This document shows positions 9,801 through 18,699 of a stretch of 56,033 nucleotides of DNA, one piece after another. Numbering within the stretch: position 1 is the stretch's first letter; every line of letters starts with the position of its first letter. The notes beneath the pieces were generated by a model. That model did no database searches. It saw only the letters and a list, made by a program, of their open reading frames with translations, and was not told where the DNA came from. The DNA is from Leptospira sp. Lineage in GTDB: Bacteria > Spirochaetota > Leptospiria > Leptospirales > Leptospiraceae. The DNA lies in contig JAWXAQ010000028.1 of the NCBI GenBank assembly GCA_034439575.1, positions 1-56,033 on the forward strand, in the 5' to 3' direction. The translations under genes were made by a program, and so were the position numbers.

Positions 9801-12320
9801 TGTGAAGAGTCAGGAAATATTTTTGAAATGGTTCTTAGCGAAGGTAATTCATTGTGGAATCACTTTTATAGGGGAGATAATATTCACGATGTTTATAACA
9901 AGATAGCGCATTTTGAAACCATTTGTCAAAAATATAATGTTTGGGATGCCATGCTCAATATTTATTATCCGACAATGGCGATGCTAAAATTTTTGGTCGC
10001 AGAACATGATGTCAGTGAACCATTAATTTATTCAGGTAGGACTGAAAAATCACATGTTGAAATCGTTGAAAGCCTTGGATCCAAAAGTCCCTTGGCACAA
10101 TTTTATGGGATATTGATTACAAAATCTTTTTTATTTGGACGATACGAAGAAATTCTCGAAACAGGAGAATTATTAGAAAAGAATACAGCGGCTCCGACGG
10201 TTTATCATGATATCTGCCCAAATTTTTATCGTTGTGTGGCCTATATTCTCGTTTTACATACGTTAACTGACGATAAAAAAGTTTTTTATCAAGGAAAAAT
10301 TGATAAATTAAAAACGGATTTTTATAATTTCTCTGAATTAAACCCAAACAACTTTCAACATATGTATTCTTTGATTCTAGCCGTTGCATCTTGGGCAAAA
10401 AATGAGAAATGGGAGGCTATGAAATATTTTGACGATAGTATCACTTCGGCACTTGACAATGGTTATATTCAAAATGCGGCTCTTGCCTTTGAGATTGCTG
10501 GAAATTTTTATATAGAAAATGAAAGACAAATCATAGCTACAAATTATTATTTAGAAGCATATAAATTATATAATATTTGGGGCGCCGTCGCTAAAATAAA
10601 AGATATGGATTTAAAATATCCAAACCTGAAATCCCAAGCTCAAAATATTCAAAAGCAAGATAAGGAAAATTCGCTCAATTTAAAAAAATCAAACACTGAT
10701 CTCCAAATGGATTATATTTCCATGATGAAGGCAGCAAATATTTTACTTAGAGAAGTGAGAATTGACAAACTAATTGAAAAAATCATCCAAGTGATTCTTG
10801 AAAATTCGGGTGCCAATGAAGCAACTTTGATTATCAAACAAAATGAAAAATTTATGGTGCATACGTATGGAACCATCTCAGATGCAATACATATAGAATC
10901 TATCAATGAACCAATAGAGAAATTTAAAAACCTATCTCCGAATATAGTAAACTATGTGCTTCATTCCAAAAATCATGTTATCTTAGATAATGCATCCAAA
11001 CATAAAGAATATTTAAATAACCCATATTTATCAAATAAAAAAGTACAATCTTTGTTATGTAAGCCAATCACTCATAAAGGCGAAGTGATAGGTGCGATTT
11101 ATCTTGAAAATAATTTTATATCAGGTGCCTTTAGTAACGAAAGAGCGGAAGTGATCAATTTAATATCTACACTAGCTGGAATTTCATTAGAAAACTCTAT
11201 ATTGTATGAAGAACTAGATAGTAAAGTGAAAGCAAGGACATCAGAACTACACAAAACAAATACAAAGTTAATAGAAACCAACTCTCTATTAAACGAAACT
11301 TTAGAAAATTTAAAATCTACGCAAGACCAATTGATCTTGTCAGAAAAAATGGTAGTGCTCGGAAAACTGATTTCAGGTATAGCACATGAAATCAATACTC
11401 CTTTGGCGGCGATTGTAGCCTCAAACCAACTAACTTACGATTTGTTATCTGAGAATTCACTGACTTTACTCGAAACATATTCACAATTGGGCAAAAAGGA
11501 AAAGGAAGCTTGGAAAACACTATTTGAGATTAGAAAAAATAATCAAATCTTTATCAGTTCGACAATTTCAAGAAAAATCAAACAGGAATTAAACGCTATT
11601 TTTTTAGAAAATGGATTTGAAACTTCAAATTATACTACCGACACTTTGATAGAGTTAGGTGTCAACAAGAGTAATGTCAGTCAACTATTCCCTTTCTTAA
11701 ACCTTGATGGATTTGACACTGTTTTAGAAAATTTATTAAACTTAAGCACGATTCTGAATTCTGGTAGCATTATAAAGAATGCCGCGATGAGAGCGACAAA
11801 AGTTATCAAAGCTTTAAAAAATTATGTTTATGAAAATCAGAATGAATATTTATCTGAAATCAATATAGGTGATCAAATAGAGATGTGCCTTGTGCTTTAT
11901 CAAAACCGAGTCAAATCCTCTATGGAAATCATTACTGATTTTAAAGAAGAAACAAAGATCATTGGTTATGCGGATCTTTTGAATCAAGTTTGGATCAACT
12001 TAATCAATAATGCTCTTTATGCTGTGAAATTTTCAGGTAGACTTGTGATTCGAACTTATATTGAAGATACGTATTTGGCGGTTTCCTTTCAAGATAATGG
12101 GGAAGGAATTCCAGAAGTCTACCAATCTAAAATCTTTAATCCTTTTTTTACCACCAAATCTGCTGAAGATGGAAGTGGTCTCGGCCTTGATATATGCAAA
12201 AAAATAATCGAACGTCATAATGGAAAAATAGAATTCACAAGCAAGCCAGGTAACACTTGTTTTACAGTTTATCTAAATCGGTTTTTGAAAATTAAAGACT
12301 TCCCCTTCCCCAAAGAATAA
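6837..12320 (+). CDS. Hybrid Ser/Thr-kinase-like / AAA (STAND) ATPase / GAF / histidine kinase
   Basis: DFG, YIAPEQTGR and RSDLYSLG kinase motifs; Walker A GGAGQGKS and Walker B VFDDIQWAD; GNPFF; GAF (GAIYLEN..GAFS); H-box AHEINTPL, N-box NLINNA, DNGEGI, FFTTK, GSGLGL. Confidence 0.9.
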   Translation: MRIQKIETSEKILESNEFLLYRGINSETKEIVLVKIAEVTSAIFKLKNEIDVLNNYNIESAPEIIESNLNTANPYTIYKNIPGVILTNLIEIINNGPFDKICDTFICLATSLQKIHKQNVIHNGVLPSNILYDNTKNSCAFIDFGSASEFDFKIRDQILTNVHTANLRYIAPEQTGRINRSIDQRSDLYSLGIIFYELLTGNTPFNSADPIELIHFHISRIPEPLKSKSFELDKIIHKLISKNPENRYQSTYGLLYDLKRVKSGETNFEIASKDYSSRLQLNETLYGRTNEKDLIYSLLEDTSNNRSKTNFLILFGGAGQGKSSLIEEILNETILKKGYFLRGKHDQILQNIPYSSLSQILKKYVEVLLSQKTEIQNDTKEKLRLGLEDNAGIITLLVPEMELLLGKQPVPFALEGQEALNRFNSIILILFKLMASIAKPLVIVFDDIQWADLATIKLINNILLEKYIPGLFIILSSRVKSELTAIHFKTFLDQVENLSYLNIIELYDLKKIHTKNLLKDAIGESAEEFESLVDFLFTTTNGNPFFTKELLKELIIHKALYFDYSKESWCFNKSIIQNISIGETILDFIEFRLKSLSTDTLSFLKLASCEGLTFDLHSFTNFENFTIDSLLLFAKEATKAGIIFPKGNSKDNTCYSFLHDRILQTTYQLITPNEKIKFNFHLAEYYKKNFPDSKIIDICNFYTQAIELLVDKTQIEELIHLHYKAILYAKKNIAYDLGLSLANTALTFLRQIDSKDEELEFSIREEYGWFLFATGNFEEGEKVYLELIDKCKNLRVYSRLNIIRMGSLASRSRIFDSVNLGLEVLHKLGVHIPESEEERGAMFLSEYGKILHFLETHKPNDLVKLNRMDDEIQIIIQQILSRLLIPTILSAQLTLLGILTCISITLVIENGATDLVAYAYALFAVTIINIKQDYKTGVEFGEIAIEVSQWNHNKALMGGVFNTVGCITNHLKYPAIDNERLFQLSSKYCEESGNIFEMVLSEGNSLWNHFYRGDNIHDVYNKIAHFETICQKYNVWDAMLNIYYPTMAMLKFLVAEHDVSEPLIYSGRTEKSHVEIVESLGSKSPLAQFYGILITKSFLFGRYEEILETGELLEKNTAAPTVYHDICPNFYRCVAYILVLHTLTDDKKVFYQGKIDKLKTDFYNFSELNPNNFQHMYSLILAVASWAKNEKWEAMKYFDDSITSALDNGYIQNAALAFEIAGNFYIENERQIIATNYYLEAYKLYNIWGAVAKIKDMDLKYPNLKSQAQNIQKQDKENSLNLKKSNTDLQMDYISMMKAANILLREVRIDKLIEKIIQVILENSGANEATLIIKQNEKFMVHTYGTISDAIHIESINEPIEKFKNLSPNIVNYVLHSKNHVILDNASKHKEYLNNPYLSNKKVQSLLCKPITHKGEVIGAIYLENNFISGAFSNERAEVINLISTLAGISLENSILYEELDSKVKARTSELHKTNTKLIETNSLLNETLENLKSTQDQLILSEKMVVLGKLISGIAHEINTPLAAIVASNQLTYDLLSENSLTLLETYSQLGKKEKEAWKTLFEIRKNNQIFISSTISRKIKQELNAIFLENGFETSNYTTDTLIELGVNKSNVSQLFPFLNLDGFDTVLENLLNLSTILNSGSIIKNAAMRATKVIKALKNYVYENQNEYLSEINIGDQIEMCLVLYQNRVKSSMEIITDFKEETKIIGYADLLNQVWINLINNALYAVKFSGRLVIRTYIEDTYLAVSFQDNGEGIPEVYQSKIFNPFFTTKSAEDGSGLGLDICKKIIERHNGKIEFTSKPGNTCFTVYLNRFLKIKDFPFPKE

Positions 12321-12376
12321 GTTTCCAAAATCTGAATTTTTAAAAATAGCAATTGTTACCACAAAACAAGGTTCAT

Positions 12377-12457
12377 GCGTCACGGATCCGTAGGGCTTGG
12401 TCTGCCTCTGGCAGACGGAAGCGTTAGCGCACCCCGGAGTGAGCCGGGCCCGGACGC
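12377..12457. repeat. GC-rich multi-hairpin intergenic element (REP/MITE-like)
   Basis: Outer GCGTC/GACGC, perfect GTCTGCC-TCT-GGCAGAC hairpin (12400-12416), GCG-TTAG-CGC, and ACGGATCCGT and CCGGGCCCGG palindromes in AT-rich DNA. Only one copy in the window, so repeat status is inferred. Confidence 0.5.
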
Positions 12458-12544
12458 CAACAAATGCGAACAAACTTTCATAATAATTTGAATTTTTCGG
12501 TTCTGTATTGTTTTTTCGCGGAAGATGTGCTAAACGGTAATCAT

Positions 12545-12620
12545 TGGGCGGCGGGTCTAGTTCCCCACCCAAATCGGGTGGGGATACCCAAATCCAAAAT
12601 CTTCCCCCCCTCCCCACCCC
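12545..12620. repeat. Second GC-rich palindromic element with C-tracts
   Basis: Perfect TCCCCACCC-AAATC-GGGTGGGGA hairpin (12562-12584); CCCCACCC recurs at 12612 and near 12684. Confidence 0.5.
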
Positions 12621-12765
12621 AACTAATTCCAGTACGATGTGCCCAACCGAACACCAGTTTGGTAATGCTAATGAGACATAATCCCCCACCCTTCCTCTGG
12701 ATATCCCTAACGGAAATCCCTAGTACTAGCCCCAAAAAAATAATTTTGCTCCCAATAAATTATTC

Positions 12766-12794
12766 TTGCCACATTTGCAACATTTTTGTCTAAT
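12766..12794 (+). promoter_or_regulatory. Putative sigma70 promoter of hydrolase copy 2
   Basis: TTGCCA-17 nt-TCTAAT, 59 nt before the ATG; shares TTCTTGCCA with copy 1. Confidence 0.5.
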
Positions 12795-12824
12795 TTAGGC
12801 ATATACCTAAGCAGGAGAAAAACA

Positions 12825-13631
12825 ATGCGTAGCATACTCACAGGACTTGCGGCTCTGCTCTTTACAGCAGGCATCAGTGCACAAACTTACACCGTGTTCA
12901 TTCACGGAAAATCAGGCTCGAACCACAACGGCGTTGGAACAACAGACGTGAACAATTATTGGGGTTCTTCCACAAGCACTGTTTCTGGCTCTAAAATCTT
13001 CATCGGTTACGATGGTACAACTGACCCAAGAACTTATGGTGCTTCTCGTGCACAAACGAACGTAACGACTGGTTTGACTAACTATTGCAAAGGTTCAAAT
13101 TCTTGCAAAATCGTTTGTCACTCGGCAGGTTGCTATGCGATTGAATTTTGGTTAGCTAACTTAGGTGGCACTGCTTCTTCCAAAGGTTTTAACCTGACAA
13201 AAGTGACAGCTCTTGCTGCTGCTTCTGGTGGATCGGAACTTGCTTCTGCACTTAATGGAGCTACTTTTGGTTTCGCTGGAAACGCAATGGACAAAGCTTT
13301 GATCGTGGGAACAGCTCGTGGTGCTTTCAACCATAACAACACTGGATCAGTGGGTGTTTACCATGTTCCTGGTTACAAAGGTTTGATTGGTGCTTCTGCG
13401 ATCCTTCCTGGCGAAGATGACTATGCTGTTGCTTACCACTCTTCTTGTGGTTACAATAAAGCTGGCGGTTTAAACAAATGCCAAACAACTCTCACTCAAA
13501 GTGAAGGGATCTGGCCTTTTAATTCAAATGTGACTTACACACAATATACAGGTCACTACAGAGCGCCATCTGTGACTGCAACTGGTCTTTACTTAGACCA
13601 TGGTCAAATTAAAACTGAAGGCTACCGATAA
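12825..13631 (+). CDS. Secreted alpha/beta hydrolase (lipase/esterase-like), copy 2
   Basis: AGGAG RBS before ATG 12825, signal peptide ending ISA/Q. Mature region is colinear with copy 1 and has the same S-D-H triad motifs. Confidence 0.8.
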   Translation: MRSILTGLAALLFTAGISAQTYTVFIHGKSGSNHNGVGTTDVNNYWGSSTSTVSGSKIFIGYDGTTDPRTYGASRAQTNVTTGLTNYCKGSNSCKIVCHSAGCYAIEFWLANLGGTASSKGFNLTKVTALAAASGGSELASALNGATFGFAGNAMDKALIVGTARGAFNHNNTGSVGVYHVPGYKGLIGASAILPGEDDYAVAYHSSCGYNKAGGLNKCQTTLTQSEGIWPFNSNVTYTQYTGHYRAPSVTATGLYLDHGQIKTEGYR

Positions 13632-13656
13632 GATTTAAATCTTCTCAGTCTCCGCG

Positions 13657-13688
13657 AAAAACCCGAACTCTTGTTCGGGTTTTTTTTT
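13657..13688. terminator. Rho-independent terminator, probably bidirectional
   Basis: AAAAACCCGAAC-TCTT-GTTCGGGTTTTTTTTT between convergent genes. Confidence 0.88.
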
Positions 13689-13737
13689 GCCTATTCTAAA
13701 CTTTGGAATTAACTTTCGTTTGTCCAATGAGTACTTG

Positions 13738-16700
13738 TTAATGGTGGATTGGTGTTCCAGCCACTTCTCGTAACAATTCCCTTTTTCTAGCATTGCCTAC
13801 AAACCAGTAGTATAACACGGGAACTGCGAAACGACTGAGTATTGTTGCGGCGACTTCCCCAAATATCAGTGATACAGCAAGTCCTTGAAAGATAGGATCA
13901 AATAACATGATAAAGGATCCTACAATCACAGCAGAAGCCGTGAGTAACATAGGTCTAAACCTTACCACACCTGCATGAATGACTGCTTCTTTTACATCCT
14001 TTCCTCTTGTGATCTCCTCTTCTATAAAATCGACAAGGATGATGGAATTTCTGACGATGATACCGGCTCCAGCAATAAATCCAATCATACTGGTTGCTGT
14101 AAAATAAGCTCCCATAATCCAATGACCAGGTAATATTCCAATCAGTGAAATGGGGATCGGTGCCATGATGATCAGTGGAACCGTATAACTTCGAAACCAT
14201 CCGAGCACCAAAACATAAATTAATAACATCACAACCGCGAAGGCACTTCCCAAATCTCGAAATACTTCATATGTGATAAACCATTCCCCGTCCCACTTGA
14301 CTATAGGTTTTGTCGTGTTCCAAGGAACATCGGCAGTTTGTGTTTCATAATTTATCTTAGGTGCTAGTTTTAGCATACCATAAACTGGGGCTTCTTCTGC
14401 GCCAGAAAGTTCACTCATAACATACGTTACAGGTTTCAAATTCTTTCGGTATAAGGCTCGGTCTTCTTCCACTCTAGGTTTCCCAATCACTGTGGATGCT
14501 TGGATCACACCTGATTCTAAAGACATAAGATTTTGATATTGGAAAGGAGTTTGGGAAGATCGAAGTTTATCTTCAACGGATAAATTGAGTGTGACTTCTT
14601 CTGGTTCCGAGGCTGTGGATAAACTAACTAATGGTGATTCTGAAAATAAGAAATAGCCCGTACTAGCAAGGGCTAAACTTCTGATTCCAAATGTTCCCGC
14701 CTTATCATAATCAATTGGGTAAACTAATTTGGGTCTTCCGTTTCTCAAACTAGAGTCTAAATCAACTATACTCGGTTCTGCGGCGAATACATTGTAAATC
14801 TCTTTTGCCACTTTAGTTCTCTCAAGAACATTCGGTCCATAAATCTCAGCAACCATAGTTGCCATGACTGGCGGGCCTGGCGGAATTTCTAAAACTTTAG
14901 TAACGGCTCCATGTACTTTTCCAAATTTACTGATTGTTGGACGCAAACTTTCAATGATCTCATGGCTTGAAACATTACGATCTGATTTGTTTTTTAGAAC
15001 AATTTGAAGGTCATTCATAGATTCTAAATTTCGGAGAAACGTATGTTTGACCATTCCTGAAAATGAATAAGGAGCAGGATCACCAACGAACACTTGTACC
15101 TTGATGATGTTTTCATTTTTTAATAATTCTTTAACGAGTAAATCTGATTTGAGTAAACTTTGATTTAACGCAGTCATCGGAGGATAATCAATTAAAACTT
15201 GAAACTCTTCTTTGTTATCAAATGGCAACATTTTTACCTTAACCAATTTGAATCCGACGAAGGCGAAAGAGAATAACAGAAGTAATACTGTAAGCAATCC
15301 AAACGAACTGGCATTCTTTTTAGATCCAAGTAACCAATTCGTGAATGTAATATATATTTTATCTAATTTTGAAACTTTTTCAGTCTTTGCATTATTTTGT
15401 AAATTTTGGCTTTGTATAGTTTCAGATTCATCTTCTTTGTGACTGTGTTTTAATAATCTGACAGAAGCCCAAGGTGTGATGATAAATGCGACAAAGAGTG
15501 ATAGTATCATCGCCAAACTCGCACCAACGGGAATTGGTTTCATATACGGCCCCATAAGACCTCTCACAAAAGCCATAGGCAATATTGCTGCAATGACTGT
15601 AAAGGTAGCAAGTATCGTAGGATTTCCGACTTCAGATACACCCTGCAAGGTTGCCCGAACTATCCCTAAATGAGGATTGTCTTTGAGATGCCTTTCAATA
15701 TTTTCCACAACAACGATGGCATCATCCACAAGTATCCCTATAGAAAAAATCAGTGCAAAGAGTGTAACACGATTTAAGGTATATCCCATAAAATAATAAA
15801 TCGCTAAGGTCAAAGCCAAAGTGACAGGTATCGCGATCGCAACAACGAGCGAAGCTCTCCATCCCATCCATAGTGCAATTAACACAGTCACAGAAAGTGT
15901 AGCGATGATTAGATGCTCAATCAATTCATGCGATTTGTCTGCCGCGGTACTTCCATAGTTTCGGATCACTGACATTCTAATTTCTGCTGGAAGTTGTTTT
16001 TGAAAAATTTCTCCTCTTTCTAATAAATCATTTGCAAGCGAGACTACATTTGTGCCTTTCCTTTTTGCAAAGACTATAGAAACAGCAGAGCGTTTTTCAT
16101 CACCGAGGCTCTTGTCATATAAAAAAGATTCTCTTGTCCTTTCCTCTGGCCCTTCTGAGATTTCAGCTACATCACGAAGACGTATCACACGTCCCCCTCG
16201 CTGAACAATTGGCAATTTCATAACCTCGTCTTTTGATTTGATTTGTCCACCGACTTCAACATCCATCACTCTTTCCCTTGACCAATTTTTACCCGCAGGC
16301 AAAAAACTATCATTTGATTTGAGTGAATTGGCGATTTCTAGAAGAGTCACACCATAAGCAGACATCTGATTTGGTTTAACAATAACTCGAACCACTTTTT
16401 TTCTTCCACCGAGTAACTCCACATTGGCGAGATCTGGTGTGGATGATAATTCTCGAGCCAATGGTGCTACTTTTGTACGGAGAGTATAATCATCCATTGT
16501 GCTTGAACTAAACGTAAGAGTCAAAAATGGAACATCATCTATAGAGAATGATTTTACTTTGGGTTCTAATACATTTTTGGGAAGATGGTTTTTTGTTTCC
16601 ATCAACTTGTGATGTATTTTGACAAGGGATGGTTCTATTGGTTCGCCCACTTTAAATCGAACTGTAACGATTCCACCGTGCCATTTACTTGCAGAATAAA

Positions 16701-16971
16701 TATATTCTACACCTTCTAGTCCCCATATCGCTCGTTCTACGACTTCTACAACTTTGCGTTCGGTTTCCTCAGGGGAAAAACCTGGCGCTGGCAATTGTAT
16801 ATCCACCATTGGCACACTGATTTGGGGTTCTTCTTCTTTAGGAGTAAGAAATACCGAAAAAATACCAATCACCAAACTTCCCACAGCAATAACCGGTGTT
16901 AATTTAGAAAAAAGGAATAACTCAGCGAGTTTTCCCGCAAAGCCTTTGTTAATTTGTTGATTCGGATTCAT
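13738..16971 (-). CDS. RND efflux permease (AcrB/AcrD/AcrF family)
   Basis: About 1080 aa, P.EEEPQI after TM1, GILVDDAIVVVENI, GIIVRNSIILVDF and RFRPMLLT. Start is 16971 or 16983. Confidence 0.92.
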   Translation of the reverse strand: MNPNQQINKGFAGKLAELFLFSKLTPVIAVGSLVIGIFSVFLTPKEEEPQISVPMVDIQLPAPGFSPEETERKVVEVVERAIWGLEGVEYIYSASKWHGGIVTVRFKVGEPIEPSLVKIHHKLMETKNHLPKNVLEPKVKSFSIDDVPFLTLTFSSSTMDDYTLRTKVAPLARELSSTPDLANVELLGGRKKVVRVIVKPNQMSAYGVTLLEIANSLKSNDSFLPAGKNWSRERVMDVEVGGQIKSKDEVMKLPIVQRGGRVIRLRDVAEISEGPEERTRESFLYDKSLGDEKRSAVSIVFAKRKGTNVVSLANDLLERGEIFQKQLPAEIRMSVIRNYGSTAADKSHELIEHLIIATLSVTVLIALWMGWRASLVVAIAIPVTLALTLAIYYFMGYTLNRVTLFALIFSIGILVDDAIVVVENIERHLKDNPHLGIVRATLQGVSEVGNPTILATFTVIAAILPMAFVRGLMGPYMKPIPVGASLAMILSLFVAFIITPWASVRLLKHSHKEDESETIQSQNLQNNAKTEKVSKLDKIYITFTNWLLGSKKNASSFGLLTVLLLLFSFAFVGFKLVKVKMLPFDNKEEFQVLIDYPPMTALNQSLLKSDLLVKELLKNENIIKVQVFVGDPAPYSFSGMVKHTFLRNLESMNDLQIVLKNKSDRNVSSHEIIESLRPTISKFGKVHGAVTKVLEIPPGPPVMATMVAEIYGPNVLERTKVAKEIYNVFAAEPSIVDLDSSLRNGRPKLVYPIDYDKAGTFGIRSLALASTGYFLFSESPLVSLSTASEPEEVTLNLSVEDKLRSSQTPFQYQNLMSLESGVIQASTVIGKPRVEEDRALYRKNLKPVTYVMSELSGAEEAPVYGMLKLAPKINYETQTADVPWNTTKPIVKWDGEWFITYEVFRDLGSAFAVVMLLIYVLVLGWFRSYTVPLIIMAPIPISLIGILPGHWIMGAYFTATSMIGFIAGAGIIVRNSIILVDFIEEEITRGKDVKEAVIHAGVVRFRPMLLTASAVIVGSFIMLFDPIFQGLAVSLIFGEVAATILSRFAVPVLYYWFVGNARKRELLREVAGTPIHH

Positions 16972-18367
16972 ATGTTTTTCCATTTTGAAATTTGTGAAAT
17001 TCTGATCTTATTTGCAGATAATTAAGCTCAGTATCGAGAAGAGATTTTGCTAAATCAGCAGACCTATTTAAAACTTCTGCAAACTGAATGGCCGATATTG
17101 CCCCAGATTGAAATAATCTTTGCATATAGATTACTTGTTCTTCTTGGTTTTTTATAGATTCTTTGATCAATTGGTAATTTTCAAAAAGTGTCACTTCACG
17201 AGTTTTTAAATTGTTAAATGTAGATATTTCTCTTTCTCTAGCTTCATCTAACTTAGTACGATATGCTTCCGCCTGTAACTTTGCCTCTTCAACACTACCT
17301 TGTTCCTTGGGACTGTATAGATTCATTTGTACATAAAAACCTGCGTTATATGCGGCTTGAGTACTGCGACTACCGCTATATGCGTTTGCTTCAGAATACA
17401 CTCCAACTTTCGGTAAAAATTTAGCCATTTCCAAATCAGATTTTAAATTTTCTCCTTCAGCGTAAGCAGTCATCGCCTTGGTATAACTACTTTCTTCTTG
17501 AGCAATTGGTTTAGGAAAATGTAAGTTTAAAAATTCAAATAAGTCTATATTTTTTGTTTTGATATTGGTTGTTTCTAAGCCAGATAACAAAGATAAACTT
17601 TCTTTAAATTCAAAGACTTGCGCATCCGTTTCTTTTTCCATTGCCAACAAACGATTCTTAAGTGATTTTAGTGCCAAATATCCAGTGTATCCAACCGGAT
17701 TATTTTTATTTGCTAACTGGTATCCCGATTGAAATTTTGATTCAGTTTTGTTAAGATTTATGATTCGTTCCCTAAATTCAGTGAGCGATTGCAAACCTCT
17801 ATAAAATCTCGCGGATTGTATATATTCCTGATCTTTTATATTTGCTTTTTCGAACTTTAATCCCAAAGCTCTCTTTTCTTGAAGTTTGGACATCGCCTGA
17901 GAGGCGCCTCCCTCATAGATAGAAAAATCAAGACCTAAACTTCCTCTTGAATATGTATTTGATCCAGGATGATTTAATGTATCTTTGGCAAACATATTTG
18001 CTGTATCCGAATTTAGTGTGTTATACGGCTGGTTGTTGCTGTCTAAAAAATTTCCGACTCTTGTTCTTGCCGATGATGTAGAAAAATCGGCATCTGTCGC
18101 TGATCGTTGCCCCAATTTACCGAGTAAATTTAAAGCCGGATCATTGGTGTTATATGCACGGACATCAGTATATATGCGAGGTAACCAATGTCTATCACTT
18201 CGATTTTTGGCTATCTCAGATGCTTTCACTTCCAATACTTTTGCTTTCTGTGAAAACGAATGAATTTCTACAGCCTTCCAAAAATCTTCAAATTCGATTG
18301 TTTCTGCAAATATGAGCCTTGGAAATATACTTAAAAATAAAATAAGATATCTTTGGTTACCTAACAT
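16949..18367 (-). CDS. TolC-like outer-membrane efflux protein
   Basis: Signal peptide, twofold WLPRI/FLPKV strand-start motifs, IYEGG, coiled-coils, FQSGAIS; overlaps the RND gene. Confidence 0.8.
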   Translation of the reverse strand: MLGNQRYLILFLSIFPRLIFAETIEFEDFWKAVEIHSFSQKAKVLEVKASEIAKNRSDRHWLPRIYTDVRAYNTNDPALNLLGKLGQRSATDADFSTSSARTRVGNFLDSNNQPYNTLNSDTANMFAKDTLNHPGSNTYSRGSLGLDFSIYEGGASQAMSKLQEKRALGLKFEKANIKDQEYIQSARFYRGLQSLTEFRERIINLNKTESKFQSGYQLANKNNPVGYTGYLALKSLKNRLLAMEKETDAQVFEFKESLSLLSGLETTNIKTKNIDLFEFLNLHFPKPIAQEESSYTKAMTAYAEGENLKSDLEMAKFLPKVGVYSEANAYSGSRSTQAAYNAGFYVQMNLYSPKEQGSVEEAKLQAEAYRTKLDEAREREISTFNNLKTREVTLFENYQLIKESIKNQEEQVIYMQRLFQSGAISAIQFAEVLNRSADLAKSLLDTELNYLQIRSEFHKFQNGKTYESESTN

Positions 18368-18370
18368 AGA

Positions 18371-18598
18371 TTACTCCCGACTACACTTAGCAGGTATACC
18401 CATTTGATTCAAAATCACTGACATGACACAAAAGCCAGTCGATGCAAAAATCACCAAGTTGAGCCCCACAAGTAAATTCAAAACCAAACCCCATGGAGAG
18501 AAAAAATACCATATTGAAATCCCGAGTAAACTCATGAACCCCGCAATCATAAATAAGGTTCTCTCCAAATACCAAGTTTTCGTAGAAGCTAAATACAT
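18371..18598 (-). CDS. DUF2892 / YgaP-like small membrane protein
   Basis: ER..F.IAG, two TMs, W..L..LVG.N, TGFCVM..IL..MG signature; GGGGG RBS. Confidence 0.85.
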   Translation of the reverse strand: MYLASTKTWYLERTLFMIAGFMSLLGISIWYFFSPWGLVLNLLVGLNLVIFASTGFCVMSVILNQMGIPAKCSRE

Positions 18599-18602
18599 TA
18601 CA

Positions 18603-18618
18603 ATACCCCCTATAGTAT
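18603..18618. promoter_or_regulatory. CsoR-family operator 1, overlapping the DUF2892 RBS
   Basis: ATACCCCCTATAGTAT: ATAC/GTAT arms around a C-tract. Confidence 0.7.
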
Positions 18619-18630
18619 ACGTGAATATAA

Positions 18631-18658
18631 ATCCATATACCTACCGGGGTATATGGAT
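18631..18658. promoter_or_regulatory. CsoR-family operator 2, inside the DUF2892 operon promoter
   Basis: ATCCATATACC-TACCGG-GGTATATGGAT with 11-bp perfect arms; minus-strand TTGCAT(18662-18657)-17 nt-TATATG straddles it. Confidence 0.8.
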
Positions 18659-18699
18659 GCAAGTAAATTTTTAATTTTTAATTAATTAGAGAAGCGAAA

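Noticed and set aside
12273-12793. ORFs 12273-12689(-), 12464-12793(+) and 12541-12735(-)
   Set aside because: Pro/Gly-rich translations of GC-rich palindromic elements; no RBS or recognisable domain.
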